A DNA stretch of 64,000 nucleotides from contig OZ024746.1 of assembly GCA_964016885.1 (NCBI GenBank), positions 16,740,001 to 16,804,000 on the forward strand. The letters run 5' to 3'. The translations under genes were made by a program, and so were the position numbers. The stretch is from Eledone cirrhosa (taxonomy: Eukaryota). Below the pieces are notes generated by a model. It was given only the letters and a program-made list of their open reading frames with translations. It did not search any database and had not been told where the DNA came from. Shown here one piece after another: positions 49,001 through 62,493 of the stretch; positions within the stretch are counted from its first letter, which is position 1, and every line of letters starts with the position of its first letter.

Positions 49001-50732
49001 GTTTGTATCATTTGAGAGTTGATCAATGACGGTTCAAGCAAGTCTTCCTCTACTGTGACCGCCATGAGTTGGTTCCCACAATAGTAGCTTTATGTATAAC
49101 TTCCTGCTTACTTCTCCAGCAATGTCCTACAACTCAAGCATCTTTAATACATGAAATGAATCTAATTTTCTTTTCTTTCATTAGGCCGAGATAACAGAAT
49201 CATTTGATATGTCTCAATTATCACAGAGATACCAAATATATATTTTGCCCTACATCTGTGGTATTTTCGTCCTTTTTTTCTACCTCTTTGAAAGTATTTA
49301 TGCCAAAAACAAATTGTCACCAAACAGAATCAGACGCTGGTAGGAATCTTTGACATCTATTTAAATATATGTGTGTGTGTATGTTTTCTATGATATAACT
49401 TTGATATCTATTTAAGTCTAGGTGTGTATGTAGAGGTATATATTTATATGTGTGTATGTATGTTTTATACTAAGACTGTTGACTACTCTGCAATGGTACA
49501 TATTTTATCCCTCTAAGGCACAAGCCCAAGCAAGGTGTTTTTGTGGAATACCAGCTGTACAATCTGTAAAGTTGAAGGCATTATGAAGTGCATCCAGCTA
49601 TAGAAACTGAACAAGACATAGTTCTCTGAACTGTCTAGTCTTAGACTGTGATGACCCATCCAAACCACATCATGGAAAACAAGTGTAAAATGATGATTAG
49701 TGTAAATATAATAAATTGTTTCTTAAGGAGATTTACACTTCCATAACTGATTTATTTCAGGGTTTCTTTACTGGCTGTAATTATCTGTTGGACTGTATTG
49801 ATGCTGTTTTTATTGAAATCTGCTCAGAATTTAGAGAACTTGATTGAATCAAATGTCCACAACTTGAATGACATCATGGTAATTATCATTAATTATTTCT
49901 TGTAGGTTGTAATCTTTAATCAAGTGTGATATGGTCCCTGACTTGTTTAGGAGGGAAGGTAATAACGACTGGCTCAAACCATGGCAACCTGTCCAACCCA
50001 TGCAAACATAGAAATAGGACACAAAATGCTGATGATAATCATCACCAATGCCTTCATTTTTTTGCTTTTCTATGTTTGTATGGGTTGGGGCAAGATATTT
50101 TGAGGCAAGTTTTCTATGGCTTCATACCTCTACTGATGCTATGGTAAAATGTGTCAAGTACGTGCTGTAAAATCATTGGTATTAGGAAGGGCATCCACCT
50201 GTAGAAACCATACTGAAACTGGAACATATCTAAACTGTACATGTTCTCCCAACCTGCCTAAGAGAACAGTAGCTCCAATTAAATACTGACTTGGTCTATA
50301 ATGATCCATCCAACCCATGCTAGCGTGGAAAAGTAGTTAAAAAATAATGATGATGATGATGATATATAATTTTGAAAGGTTAATTCTCTGATCAGTTTTG
50401 AACCAGTTAAATGGTGTCTCTCTGACATTTATTCATTTGTTTTTCTCTTTGTATTCACTTGTATAAAATATAAATTATTGATTACATTTTCTTTGTAGGG
50501 CCAGATTCTCTCCAGGCAACATGAAATGACTTATTTCCAGAATGTTCTGTTTTACTGGAGAACTCGATGCCTACCACCATCCAGTCGAGGGACCCTTAAA
50601 GTCCTTGACATTATGTCTGTTCGAGATATCATGTTCTATCTACAATATTACAGCCTTCCCTTGTTTACAGTACTAGTGTCACCAGTTATACGTCTCATCA
50701 TGACCCTTTACTCAATGTACAAAGTAACATGA
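46089..50732 (+). CDS. Uncharacterised multi-pass membrane protein (about 4 TM helices, basic Ser/Pro-rich N-terminus), 6 coding exons, 379 aa
   Basis: Phase-consistent GT-AG exons 46089-46374 (acceptor before 46043), 47373-47579, 48493-48632, 49185-49339, 49761-49878, 50499-50732 give one open frame. Hydrophobic segments IFQLMGLFIMLVFIAAYFFF, YILPYICGIFVLFFYLF, WVSLLAVIICWTVLMLFLL, YYSLPLFTVLVSPVIRLIMTLY. Family not recognised. Confidence 0.8.
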
Positions 50733-50765
50733 TGAAGGCGGGAGGGAGTTAACAAGCTATGATAT

Positions 50766-51225
50766 CATCATTGCTTTTACATCTGTTTTTACAAGCTTGC
50801 AAGGGTTAGCTGAGTACAGCATAGGTTAGAGGAGTCCTCTTCAGTACAGCATGGGTCTGAGGAGTCCTCTCCAGTACAGCACGGGTTAGACTAGTCCTCT
50901 CTAGGACAGTATTTCTCCACTTGTTGCTTTCCTCTATCATCTCTCTTATGAGGTGTAGTTTCTTGAGATCAGCTTTCACCACCCCTACCCACATCTTTCT
51001 TGGCCTTCCTCTTCCACTTGGAACTACTGGACCTTCTTCACCCAATAATCATCTATATCCATTACAAACCCAGACAAGCATAGTCTTCTCTCCTGCATGC
51101 AACATCTGAATTCCCTTATTCCCAGTTATACTCCCAGCTCATCTGTGCTTTACCGTCCACTCACATTAATACCAGACATCCAACAAAGGATGCTCTCTTT
51201 ATTTATCTCCAGCCTTTACACTGGC
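50766..51225 (-). mobile_element. Degenerate RTE LINE 3' fragment in the putative 3'UTR of the TM-protein gene
   Basis: Minus-strand GRGRPRKMWVGVVKADLKKLHL; internal triplication at about 50814-50910; AATAAA signals follow at 51252 and 51296. Confidence 0.7.
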
Positions 51226-51477
51226 TATTGACAGAGCTACCTATAACCTCCAATAAAACACTGTGCTTTCACAAGCACTTATTATAGAGTCTGCCAATAA
51301 AATGTTTACACACTTCACGAAAAGAAAAATTTGTATAAATATTTTAATACTAATTTACTACAGTATACAGTGTTATTGTAATTTAATCTTTCAAAAGGTG
51401 TTTATATATTTATATTTGTAGAAGTATTTAAACAAGTTAAATATTTATATATTTATTCTTTTCCTGAAGTGTGTGTG

Positions 51478-51517
<40 letters not shown>

Positions 51518-54500
51518 CTTCAAGTAAATGTTTTATTGAACAAACAAGGATAATACAAAAGAGTGTAGCAATAATACGATAGTAGGAATGATACGTGATT
51601 TAGAAAGAAACAATAAATTGAAGATTAACACCTGAATATTAAGTAAATTAATGATCAACATTTATCATCATCACCATCATAGCATTCACCATCATCATTA
51701 TTATTTTCAGTCATCTATTCATGTTGGCATGGGTTGAACAAGTTGTTACAATTCTAGTCAGTTGTTATTGTTACAACCCTCATAGATGGGTTGTAGGACC
51801 CTGTCTCATATGCTTTTGGTTTTTATGACTTTACAGAGTATATTGGGTTTATTTTATCATGGCACCAACATAAGAGTACTTGTTATGTCCTCAGCAGGAC
51901 TAAACTATCCTTTTGATCCTGCATTGTTTTTACTTATTCTCCAGCCACTTTACATAGTATACTTGATGTATTGAATTGTGAGACCAACACTAGAGGAGTT
52001 ATATCTTCAGCAGGACTAAAATGTCCTTTATATCCTATATTGTTTCCACTTATTCACTTACAATCATAAATATTTTTACTAAGAACATTAAAAAACAAAG
52101 AGATGCTATTGTTATGGTGTTATTGTAACTGATAAGAATCCAAATAATTACAAATTTCAGCTGTAAACATTCCATTTATAAGCTTTCCAAAAGTATTTTT
52201 CTTTCAAGTTTACATTCATTTTACTATGCTAGTATATTACAGCGCCTGCTTTTTATAGCTACATGTATTTCCTACATCTAATGTTTGGTTCCTAACCAGG
52301 GATTCACAAAGGTAGTATAGTGGGCCCACATTTGATGCAGTCAATTGATTCCTCCCTCCCCCATGTTATTAAAAAAACTGTGTGTGTTCAAGACAATTAT
52401 ATAAAAGTGCCAATGTATGTTGACAGTTTGGAGAAGATATAATGTCAGGTTCTCCAAAGAATGACAGGGTTAGAATATTATTTAGATAATACGATTTCGT
52501 GTGGAGCAGAACATTAAGCTTTCGAATTTTTTTTTTATTATAAAAACGTTTCTTGACTACTTCTGTTCAAAACTGCATAAGATGCTGGCTCACAGTACTG
52601 GGGCTAGGCAAAAAATTCTACTTTAAACAAAGTGGCTGGTTTAGGAAACATTGAGAAAATTTGAAATGAGTGCATCCCAATGCAAATGACCAAAATAATA
52701 GTTGATCATCATAAAGAGTCGTTGAGAAAATCATATAAGGTACATCTGAAAATGGAAAAAAAGGTTGACCAAGGCACCTCTGTCCACATTTCTAGTACTT
52801 TGTTAATAATTGTTTCTACTTTAGGCACAAGGCCAGCAATTAACCAGTGCATTACTAACATGCACATACTATTGGGGATTCATTCTTCTCTGTTTCAATT
52901 CTTATTCTCACTGTATAACAATCAGAAAAAGTAGGGTGGGGGGCAGAATATCCATAGGAAAATTAATTTTAAAAGAATTCGTTTGGAGTGAAAATTGTTG
53001 GGAACCACTGATCCAACCTGACAACTAGGAAGTAGAAGTGGAACTTGTCTGTCAGTCAGACAGACTGAAGTAAATAGAGTTATTTACCTTGTTCAGGTAC
53101 ACAACATTGGCTGAAAATAAATCAATTGTCCAGCATTTCACAGCTATTTTAATACTTTCATTTTATTCTGTAAACATATTTTCATAAGATCCCTCCAATC
53201 TGCTATAATTGCAGGTGTTTATTCTAAGGCTTTTTTTTGTTGTTGTTGTTTGTTTTTTGTTTTTTTATCTGAAAATAAAGCGTTTTTAACAATATATATT
53301 TGCTTGCTTATAATTATTTATACAGACCTGAAAAGATTTTCAGTAGATGCAGTACAGTACCACACATACTATATTTTGTTATATAAAAAAGGAAAAAGCA
53401 TGGTTATGTGGTTAAAGTGTTTTCTTCACAGTCATGTTGGTTCTGGGTTCTATCTCATTGCACATCACCTTAATCTATAGTAGTAACCTACTATTGATTT
53501 AGATTGAACAATGCCTTATGAGCAGAATTTCATAGAAACTGCAGCTCATAGTATATATATAATGTGTGTGTAACATTCGATCGACAAGATCCCAGACCTC
53601 ATTCGCTTAATGAGAAGGGTGAGGCTCATCAAATCGCAACGAGGAAACAATATTTCCATTAGTCTTTCCAATTGCTAATACTATCTACCAGTCGCAAATC
53701 CAGGCAGAAAGGGCACCGTGAAATAAAGTGTCTTGTTCAAGGACATAATGCATCAAACTCACGATTGCAAATCCAATTCTCTAACCACTCAGCCATGTGC
53801 CTTCACACACATATGTATATATATACATGAGAGAAGACTGTAACGATATGGACATGTGATGTATATGGAAGATGACAGCAGTATAAAGATGTAGAAAATC
53901 TCAGTGGATGGGACTTGTAGAAGTAGACATGGGAAGATATATGATAAAGTATTGAAGACTGAGCTTAAGAATCTGAACCTCACTGCAGAGAAGACAAAAT
54001 ACTACAATAATTGGTGGCATGTGGTGCTTAAATATAAGACCAAGGAATGCTAAATATATAAATCTTGATAGATCGAAATTTGATTCATCGTAGCGGCCGT
54101 TGGCCACATTTTCCCGTCTATAGAGGTATTTTACACTGTTAATTATAGCACCGACTGTGTTTATATTTATTTTTTTGCGTCTGAGTTTCCTACATTTTCT
54201 ATAAGCAGGTAAAATTTTGTATTAGAGGGAAATGTAAAACAGTTAGAGTAACAAACCAGTATCTCGTCAAAGAGACAGGCAGATTTTTTGAATGCCATAA
54301 CAACTAATAGAAACGTTGTTTTTTCCGGTGAAGATTATAAAAATCCCTAACAGCAACATTCCGACTTACTATAGCGTTTAATGTACAGTAATGAGTTTAA
54401 AAACAAGTATTAGAAAACAAATCGGTTTCTTCAATTTTTTTTTGCTTATTCAACTTAACTTTAAGTTTCTAAAAAGGCTACTAAAAGCAGTTAGGTGAGA

Positions 54501-55284
54501 TTAATTGACTGGCATTTTGTCCCGTGTGTTTAGAAGTATAACTTCCACTGGCAATCTTTGTAATATGGACTCCAACAAATAGACACCGCACCCTCTTCGA
54601 CGCACATCATTCATTACTGAACTTTTAAAATATTATCACAAAGGTATGTTTAAAAATATTTAAATTCTCTTGAAACTTCAAAAACAAACAATATTTTTTA
54701 ATAAGAATATCGTCTTTAGAGGTTGTTGCTGTTTAATGACAATATTATACACGAGAAGATGTTAAGGTACTTTCGCAGGGAAAACATTTGTCTTAAGGAT
54801 AAGTCAGCAGCCAAGTTAGTAACCCAACCATTGGAACCGTTATTATTGACAATTTACTCACTTCTGTTCTCATTACCGTTAAACTTGCTGCGACAAGCTT
54901 CAATATTTAAATGAATCTCATATTTACTAATTACTACGTCTTTCTTGTTATTTTTATCGTTTAGGTTTTTCCGAAAACGTCCGAAGTATTTTTTATCCCT
55001 AATTTTTTTAACGGATGAGGATTTGAATGAGCAAAATTTAGTTTTTTTTTCCCCCCTAATTGTTCTCTCAACGTTCAGTAAATACCATCTATTTGTCAAA
55101 AGGCATCGATCATTTTTGTTCTGGTGTATATATATATATATAGTAATGATAAATACAAACATCCCGCTTAAAGGTGGAAACAGAAATTGTTTGCTGAAAC
55201 TTTTAATCTGTGCTAATAATATTTGTTCTGCGGGTTAATATAATATATATCGAATCCTCTCTGGATTTTGGTCTTTGTATTTAC

Positions 55285-55287
<3 letters not shown>

Positions 55288-55357
<70 letters not shown>
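55288..55357. repeat. Compound (TA)n(GA)n microsatellite
   Basis: Directly visible; other long (TA)n tracts at 3480-3535, 10535-10561, 13102-13228 and 51482-51514. Confidence 0.9.
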
Positions 55358-55360
<3 letters not shown>

Positions 55361-55739
55361 ATTTTTAGAAACTTTGAGCGGATATGTGTTTATTAAAAAT
55401 TTAGAAGTGTCAATGAATTTTTATAACTATGAAAAATAGTCTGACAAATTGGGCAGTCCCCAAAATACGTTGAAGCTTATATATTGATGGTTCAACCTAT
55501 CAATAACATCGAATTTTGCAAACCATCTCCGGATCAAGTATTTTCTCTGTTTGTGTTTGCCGTAATTACTTTTATTGATTAAATAATTATACAATCGGAG
55601 CCTGACGATGTCGCCAAGGTCTGGTGTCATGACTGGATGATGTAACTGGGCCATTGAAATAGGTATACTGTTTTTTTGTTTTTTTTTTGCAACAATAAAG
55701 CTTTAAAGGGGTATTTCCAGTCCAGCCTTCTGGACGGGT

Positions 55740-56036
55740 TGAAGGAGAAGCTGGGTTTAAGAGGAACCTGAGGTGATGTGCAGGAGAGCAGACTGTGATG
55801 GTTTGGACATGTGATGCGCATGGACAATGATCTTTGGGTGAAGAAATGCCAGTGGAAGGAAGCCACAATAGAGGTAGACCAAAAATAACCTGGGCAGAGG
55901 TTGTGAGAGCTAACCTCAAATCGCTTAGACTCATAAAGGTGATGACAAAGGATCGCGTGTGGGGAGAGATATCGCACTGAGAAGGACCCATCCAACCCAT
56001 GCAAACGTGGAAAAGAGGGCGTAAAAACGACAATGA
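55740..56036 (+). mobile_element. Degenerate RTE LINE 3' fragment
   Basis: agactgtgatggtttggacatgtgatgcgcatgga..gtgaagaaatgccag..aacccatgcaaacgtggaaaagagggcgtaaaaacgac is homologous to 23238-23490. Confidence 0.7.
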
Positions 56037-56489
56037 TATATATATGCATGCAAAAGGCAAACAGCAGTGTACTATGAAGAAATGTATTAGTTTTACGCTT
56101 GATATCATAGGAAAAGAATCTTAATATTTTGGACATTAGTCCTTCATCAGAAAATAGAATGAGGAATTAAAGAAGAAATACAAAAATAGAGGAGAGTGGC
56201 AGAAATGAAAAAAATATATATTTGGGGAACAGGTCGCCATACACACATATATATAATGTGTGTTTGTGTGTATACGTATGTAGTTAATGGATGAGAGAAA
56301 AGAGTACTCAATACCAAAAGGAGAGTTTAAATATTCCTTTATTATGGCTAAGTAGGTACTTTATTTTCTTGACCCCTGAAAGGATGAAGGGCAAAGTTAA
56401 CTTAAGTAGGATTTGAACTCAGAATGTAGAGATGTAATCATTATGGTTAAAATAATTTATAGTTAACTATTGTAATATTTTCTGCTTAA

Positions 56490-56733
56490 CCCTTTCATTA
56501 CCATATTTTAATGAAAGACTCTACCTATGATTTTCAAATCATTAAAAAAATAATCAAGTATTTGAAAGGATTTAGTAATATGACTAACTTTCTAACTATT
56601 AAGTTGTTACTTGGAATATAACTTAACAAAGGATTTTACATAGAATTATGATGTAAGATTTTTAGATAACTGTAAACACTTTAAAATAAACAGCTTTGTG
56701 TCATAGAACCAAAGGCAGTTTGGTATAAAAAGG
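56490..56733. mobile_element. piggyBac-type MITE, family A
   Basis: TTAA-ccctttcattaccatat..aaaaagg-TTAA; body shared with 57920-58173 and 61073-61306. Confidence 0.7.
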
Positions 56734-57870
56734 TTAATAAAGTTTGGTGAGTTATTTATCAAGAAATATATATTTCCAATTTATTCATCTTTATGTTATG
56801 TATGTCGTATCATTTGTAACCTGAATGAGACATTCTACGACATTGTTGGTCATGTAAATATTATACTGTAATTAATATCAGAACTGGTGCCATGATAAAA
56901 TGCTCCCAGTACACTCTGTAAAGTGGTGTTAGGAAAGACAGCCAGCTGTAAAAACTATGCCAAATAAAGGGTTGAGAAAATTTTGAAGTTGTGTCAAGGA
57001 CATGACAACTTCCTTATTGCTGGTGTTATTATAAAATGTACCCAGTACACTCTGTAAATTAGTTGGGGTTAGGAAAGGCATCCAGTTGTAGAAACCATGT
57101 CAGAACCAGAATGCATATAAGCAAGATGTGCTCCCCAGCCTGTCAAAGCTTCTAACAGTTCATTGTTTTTTACTGCTCAGTCAGAGATGGAAGGGAAATG
57201 TCCATAACCCTTCTTAGAGCCTCCAAGATTGGTGGGAGGAAGAGAAAAAAGATATCTTCAAACCAGAAACCTGGTCTAGATGCTTAGAACAGAGTGAAGT
57301 TCATTGAAGGCTTCCAAGTGTCAAGTGTTGGTGTTAAACTGAGTGATGGATGAAGTCTACCATCCAAATAAACCACAGCAGCATTTGAACTCAGAAGGAA
57401 CAAATATCACAAGGCATCTCATCCAATACTCAAGCAATTCCACTTTATTTTGTTGAACCTCAAAAGGATAAGCAAAGTTGACCTTAATGAGATTTGAACT
57501 CAGAGTACAGAAATTGCTAACTCCCCATGGGGGATAAAAAAAACCAAACCCATTCTAGCGTGGAAAAACGATGATGACAAGCATTCTTCCATGCTTCTTG
57601 AAATTTTCAAACACTACACCTGATATTCTCCCTCCATACACATGTATGTGTGTGTCTGTGTGTATATCATGACTCTTAAACTGTTCACTTTCATGACTTT
57701 TGTACATTTTTCTATGTACTATATATGCACCTGAGCACTGTACACAATAATTTTCATTATTATTATTATAACACTGGAATTATATTTACAAACAAACAAA
57801 ATCTATTTGAAGTTACATCGTAATAGTTTCTGAAACTTATATACTTGTTTTCATTAGGTATTTCAGGAGA

Positions 57871-60800
57871 ATGGATTTTCACACAGCAGAAGAAGACTTA
57901 GCAGTATCACGGTATTTAACTCTTTCATTATTATATTTCTAATAAATAACACTGCCTAAGATTTTCAAATCAATTTGAAAATAATCGAGAATTTGGAGGG
58001 ATTTAGTAATATAACTAACTTTTTTATTATTAAACTGGTGTTAGGAACATAACTTAACACAAGTCCTTACATAATATTATGTTGGAAAGTTATTAGATAA
58101 ATATAAACCTTTTGAAATAGTTTTGTATTGTAGAAATGGGGCAGTTGTATGAGGAGGTTTGGTATGAAAAGGGTTGAATATTTTTCTTCTGGCAGAATAT
58201 TGATTTTTAATGCAATTGAAATGTTTTAAAGTTTTTATTTGTAAGTTTACATTTTTTCAAGCATTAACCTTTAACATCTTGTAATGATCTAGCAGGGCAG
58301 TGAATTGGCAAAGTCATTAGAACATCAGAAAGAATGCTTTATGGTATTCATTCCCACCGAGGTCAACTTCCTCTTTCATCCTTTCGAAGTCGATAAAGGA
58401 TGTACCAGTCCAGTACTGGGGTTGATTCTTCCTCTATATCTATTTCTCGCTTTCTATACTTCTTTGGAAGAAATCTGCTGTGTTCATACCTGGAGAGATA
58501 TGGGCTCTGCCAGTTTTAAAATGCCCAAGAAACACTGTATGCCATTTAGACACCCCTACAACTCCATCAGCATTTACGGGACAAAAAAAAATGATCTAGC
58601 AGAAAATATCTAAAAACTGGTTTGTTAATTCAAATGTTTCTAATATTTTTACTTAGTGGATGGATTGCTAATGTGGTTTCATGTGGCACAGGACATTAAG
58701 AATGTCTTGCTAATGTGGTTTCATGTGGACATTAAGAGTTAATGCATGGCTTCTCTCTTTTTATTTCTAGATCAAGTAGCAGTGACACAAAGTTTGATAC
58801 AATTGTTGGTGTCATTGAGGATATAGTAATGGGTAAGTAAATTACTTCTATATATTGTTTTATTCTTTTACCGGTTTTAGTAATTAGACTCTGCCATGCT
58901 GGGGCATTGTCTTGAATGGATTTAGTCAACCCCAGTATTTGTTTCAAGTATAGTACTTATTTTACCGATCTCATTTTATGAGTCTGCTAAGTTATGGGGC
59001 ATAAACAAATACAATTATCATCACAATTTAATGTCCATATTTTCATGCTAGCATGGGTTAGACTAGTCCCATTGTGAAACAAGTCAGAACAGATGACCGG
59101 GTCTTGCTCATACAGAACTGATTTCGGCTCGGTTTCTATGGCTGGATGCTCTTCCTAATGCCATCCACATTTCAGTATATACTGGGTGCTTTTCGTTGTG
59201 ACACCTACATGGTGAGGATTGGATGCTTTTTTGTTGTCACCAACATGGTCACTTTACAGTGTTGACTGGGCACTTTTTGTTGTGGCACCAAAATAATCAC
59301 TTTTACAGTGTGGACTGGGAGGCTGAAATGGGCAAGGTGCATGAAGATGAGAGAGGTAGATCTAGGGGTGGGGAACTTATCAGGTGAGGGGTGGTGGTAG
59401 GGACGTGGGTGAAAGGTGGGATGTTAAAACAAGGGAGGGGGAAGTGGTGCATACTGAATGTATGCTTCAGCCTGTGCATATGGGAAGGTGGGTCATTATA
59501 TATAAACACATATATATATGAGAATAAAGTAACATAGTTAATACAAAGCATTGTGAGATATATGATAAATGACTGATAAGTTTCAAAGGGCCAATACAAT
59601 GTAGTAGAAATAGAGGGAAGAACACAGCAACTGTTCATTTTTGTTTTGAACCGTTTTCATTTCACATCAGAAAAGAGGTAATAACCCTAAAATATCATGT
59701 TGAAATATACTGGGTAAAACATTGTTTTATTTGTCATCCTTTGCTCTTTATATATTTCTATCACATTGTACTGGCTTTCTGAATCTTATCAGTCATTTAT
59801 TACATGCACACACACACATATATATATATGTGTGGGTGTGCCAGGTTTGCATATAGTTTCCTTCTACTCGTAAGGAATTGGTTACCTGACCTTCATACTT
59901 TAATGTGCCTTTCTATTTAAGTAATCATTTGTCTCTATCTTTCACTTAGTTTCATGTATTTAATATTGTATTGAAATATTGTTAAAATATATCCTTTTTT
60001 TTTCAATTCTACTTTCAGAGGAAGAATTTCAAATGTTACAGCAAAATTTTTTAGAAAGATATTTTCACGAATTTATTGATACAGAAGAAAATAGATTTAT
60101 TTACACCGATATACATAGAGAATATGTAAGTTGTATAGTTGTTCTCTTGCTTTTCTCTCAGGAATACAAATTTAATCTGAAAATAAATGTAGTCATTGTT
60201 GAATGTCTGTATAGAATGAGATGTATAGTTCTAGTTATTTGTGGACCTGGTCTCTGGTTTCAGAATACTTACCGCCTTTCCTCTTACTAGTCTCAGAGGC
60301 CCCGAAAAGGGTCATGGGTGTTGCCCTTCTCTCTCTGACTAAAGTTTCTCCAATAAATAGAAATTCCAACTAAGATTTCACAATTCCCTGATATCTTTGC
60401 TTCTCTGTCAAACTATATCTTTTCATCTATTCCTACTATAAGGATCCCTGTCCTTAAGTCATTGGTTCTGTGTGTCCCTCACCACCCACACTCAAAACAT
60501 ATTTTGTCATAGCTTTCTCTTTTTAGAATATGTCAATTCTTTTCTCACTAAAAATTACGCACCTTTGAAAGTTAATTTACCCTGATTTACACTCAACAAT
60601 AATTAATCCATCATATTTTTAATTTTATTTTTCAGATAAATCTTGTGGAAAAATATCTGAATGAGCGCCTTGTCAGCCAAGTGCCACAGTTTTCCATGGC
60701 TGAGTTTATGCACCAAATGATGTAAGTTGACAGCTTGAGGGTCATATCTGGATTGTTGTATAATTAAAGGTCATAATTATATTGATGTTGTGTTGTAGTC

Positions 60801-62207
60801 GCATAGCTATTAAAATGTTTGAGCTAATGAAAAAAACCACTACTTGGTAACTCACCCTTTTAGAAATAACAGCCAAATCTTCCTTAAATCATGTTCTGTC
60901 TTCCCACAACTTCAATATGATAGAGATGGTTCTTTTAAGAATTATTTTTAAAGTATGTGTCCCAACAGTATCTGATTCTATTGAGCAGTACAATAACCTT
61001 CTCCAACTGGGGTGGATGTTATCAACTAAAGCAAATGTCCCCGCCAAATTTCTGCTTGTGAGCTTGTTTTAACCCTTTCATTATCATATTTCTAATGAAA
61101 GACAATGCTGAGGATTTTCAAATCACTTTGTAAATAATCGAGAATTTGGAGGGATTTAGTAACATAATAATCTTTATCAATATTAAGCAGATATTTGAAA
61201 CATAACTTAACAATAAGATGGGTTTTAAATAGATACAAACATTTGAAAATAAAGCTTTGTATCATAGAACCAAAGTGAGGTTTTAAATGATTTGATATGA
61301 AAAGGGTTAAAAACAATTCTTATTTCTACAAGTTGTTCATCTGATTTAATTTGTTTCTCTTTCAGAGCTCGGAAGAATGAACTAGAAGGAGAAATATTTG
61401 AACTTTTACTTACTTTCAGTGATTTTCTCACATTTAAAGAAATGGTTTTGGATTATAAAGCTGTGAGTGTCAATTTTATTATTTTCTAAAATATTTTCTT
61501 AGATTAAATTAAGAAATTCTGTTTAAGATCTTTAATAACCATGTGGTCATGAATTTAAACTTCAATATAGCCCATGTTGTTGTTGTTTAGCCCTAGGTGA
61601 ACCTTGATTGAGCAGTCTTGCTATGAATGTTTTAAGTTGTGATATTCTTACAGCCATCTCAGACATGTCTGGCACTCTTACACGACCACTGAGATGGCTG
61701 TGACATGTTCACAGCTTAAAACATTCATAGTGAAATTTGTGTATGTTTATTATACATAAACATATATATGACTTCATATCCACATATTACATAGCCTAAT
61801 GTATTCAACATCTTAGCAACTATTCCTGTCTTCATTTCCTTAATAAAATTACTATCCAAGACTTTCATGTCTCAGGATGAACTGAATTGAACTTTCTGAA
61901 GCAGTCTTTTAGAACTGGATGCCAACCCTTTTAGTTGCCTCTTAAACATGCAGGCTGTGCATACCTATTTTCAAAATGCAATATTCACAAGATTTTGGAT
62001 GGACCGTTGTCTCTCGTAGGTTTCCTGGGTGTTTTAATGTATCTTGAACATGTTGGAATTTTTTTTTTTTTTTTAAATGAAGTTTTTTTAATCTATCTAT
62101 GCCTTAAATTATATTTAATTTTTCTTCAGGCAAAAGAAGGACGAGCTGTGGATTTAAGTGGAGGTATAATGGTCACATCAATTTCAATGGATGGCTCAGC
62201 TTCCTAA
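57871..62207 (+). CDS. ARL2BP: ADP-ribosylation factor-like 2 binding protein (BART domain), 6 coding exons, 156 aa
   Basis: Exons 57871-57911, 58771-58832, 60019-60125, 60636-60721, 61366-61462, 62130-62207 (TAA). Translation DTKFDTIVGVIEDIVMEEEFQMLQQNFLERYFHEFIDTEENRFIYTDIHREYINLVEKYL..EIFELLLTFSDFLTFKEMVLDYKAAKEGRAVDLSGG follows ARL2BP colinearly. Confidence 0.93.
57920..58173. mobile_element. piggyBac-type MITE, family A, inserted at intron position +5..+8 after the first ARL2BP coding exon
   Basis: Donor gtatTTAA then ctctttcattattatatttc..tatgaaaaggg. Confidence 0.65.
61073..61306. mobile_element. piggyBac-type MITE, family A (cleanest copy)
   Basis: TTAA (61069-61072), CCCTTT..AAAGGG, TTAA (61307-61310); a TTAA TSD and CCC termini are piggyBac hallmarks; no ORF. 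Confidence 0.8.
61621..61730. repeat. About 42-bp-arm inverted repeat in a repeated element
   Basis: ctatgaatgttttaagttgtga..acagccatctcag / ctgagatggctgtgacatgttcacagcttaaaacattcatag; the right arm plus downstream sequence recurs at about 8459-8562. Confidence 0.7.
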
Positions 62208-62493
62208 CTAAAACTGACCTAAAACCATCACTCATTGGAAGGATGAGGCTAAACTTGTGCCAAGTATTGGAATATTTCTTGTGACAGTAATCTCCTCTCA
62301 AAGCAGTCCTACAAGAGTCACTCATAGCTGCTGAGATTGTATATAGACAGAATGATACAAGGAAAAAAGAAAAGACAATTGCTGCCAAACAATTTCACAT
62401 TTATATTCATTTTTTTAAAGGGGGTGGGGCAATACACAACGATACGATATCCTACGTTTATTGCATGGAAGACAACTTTATGAAAAAGTGCCT

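Noticed and set aside
52280-53010. Possible hAT-type element ending ttgggaaccactg
   Set aside because: Only one convincing terminus; I could not establish a matching TIR or an 8-bp TSD.
4511-62207. U12-type or non-canonical introns
   Set aside because: All inferred introns are GT-AG without the GTATCCTT donor; three AAG acceptors (12327, 20530, 26419) are weak but canonical.
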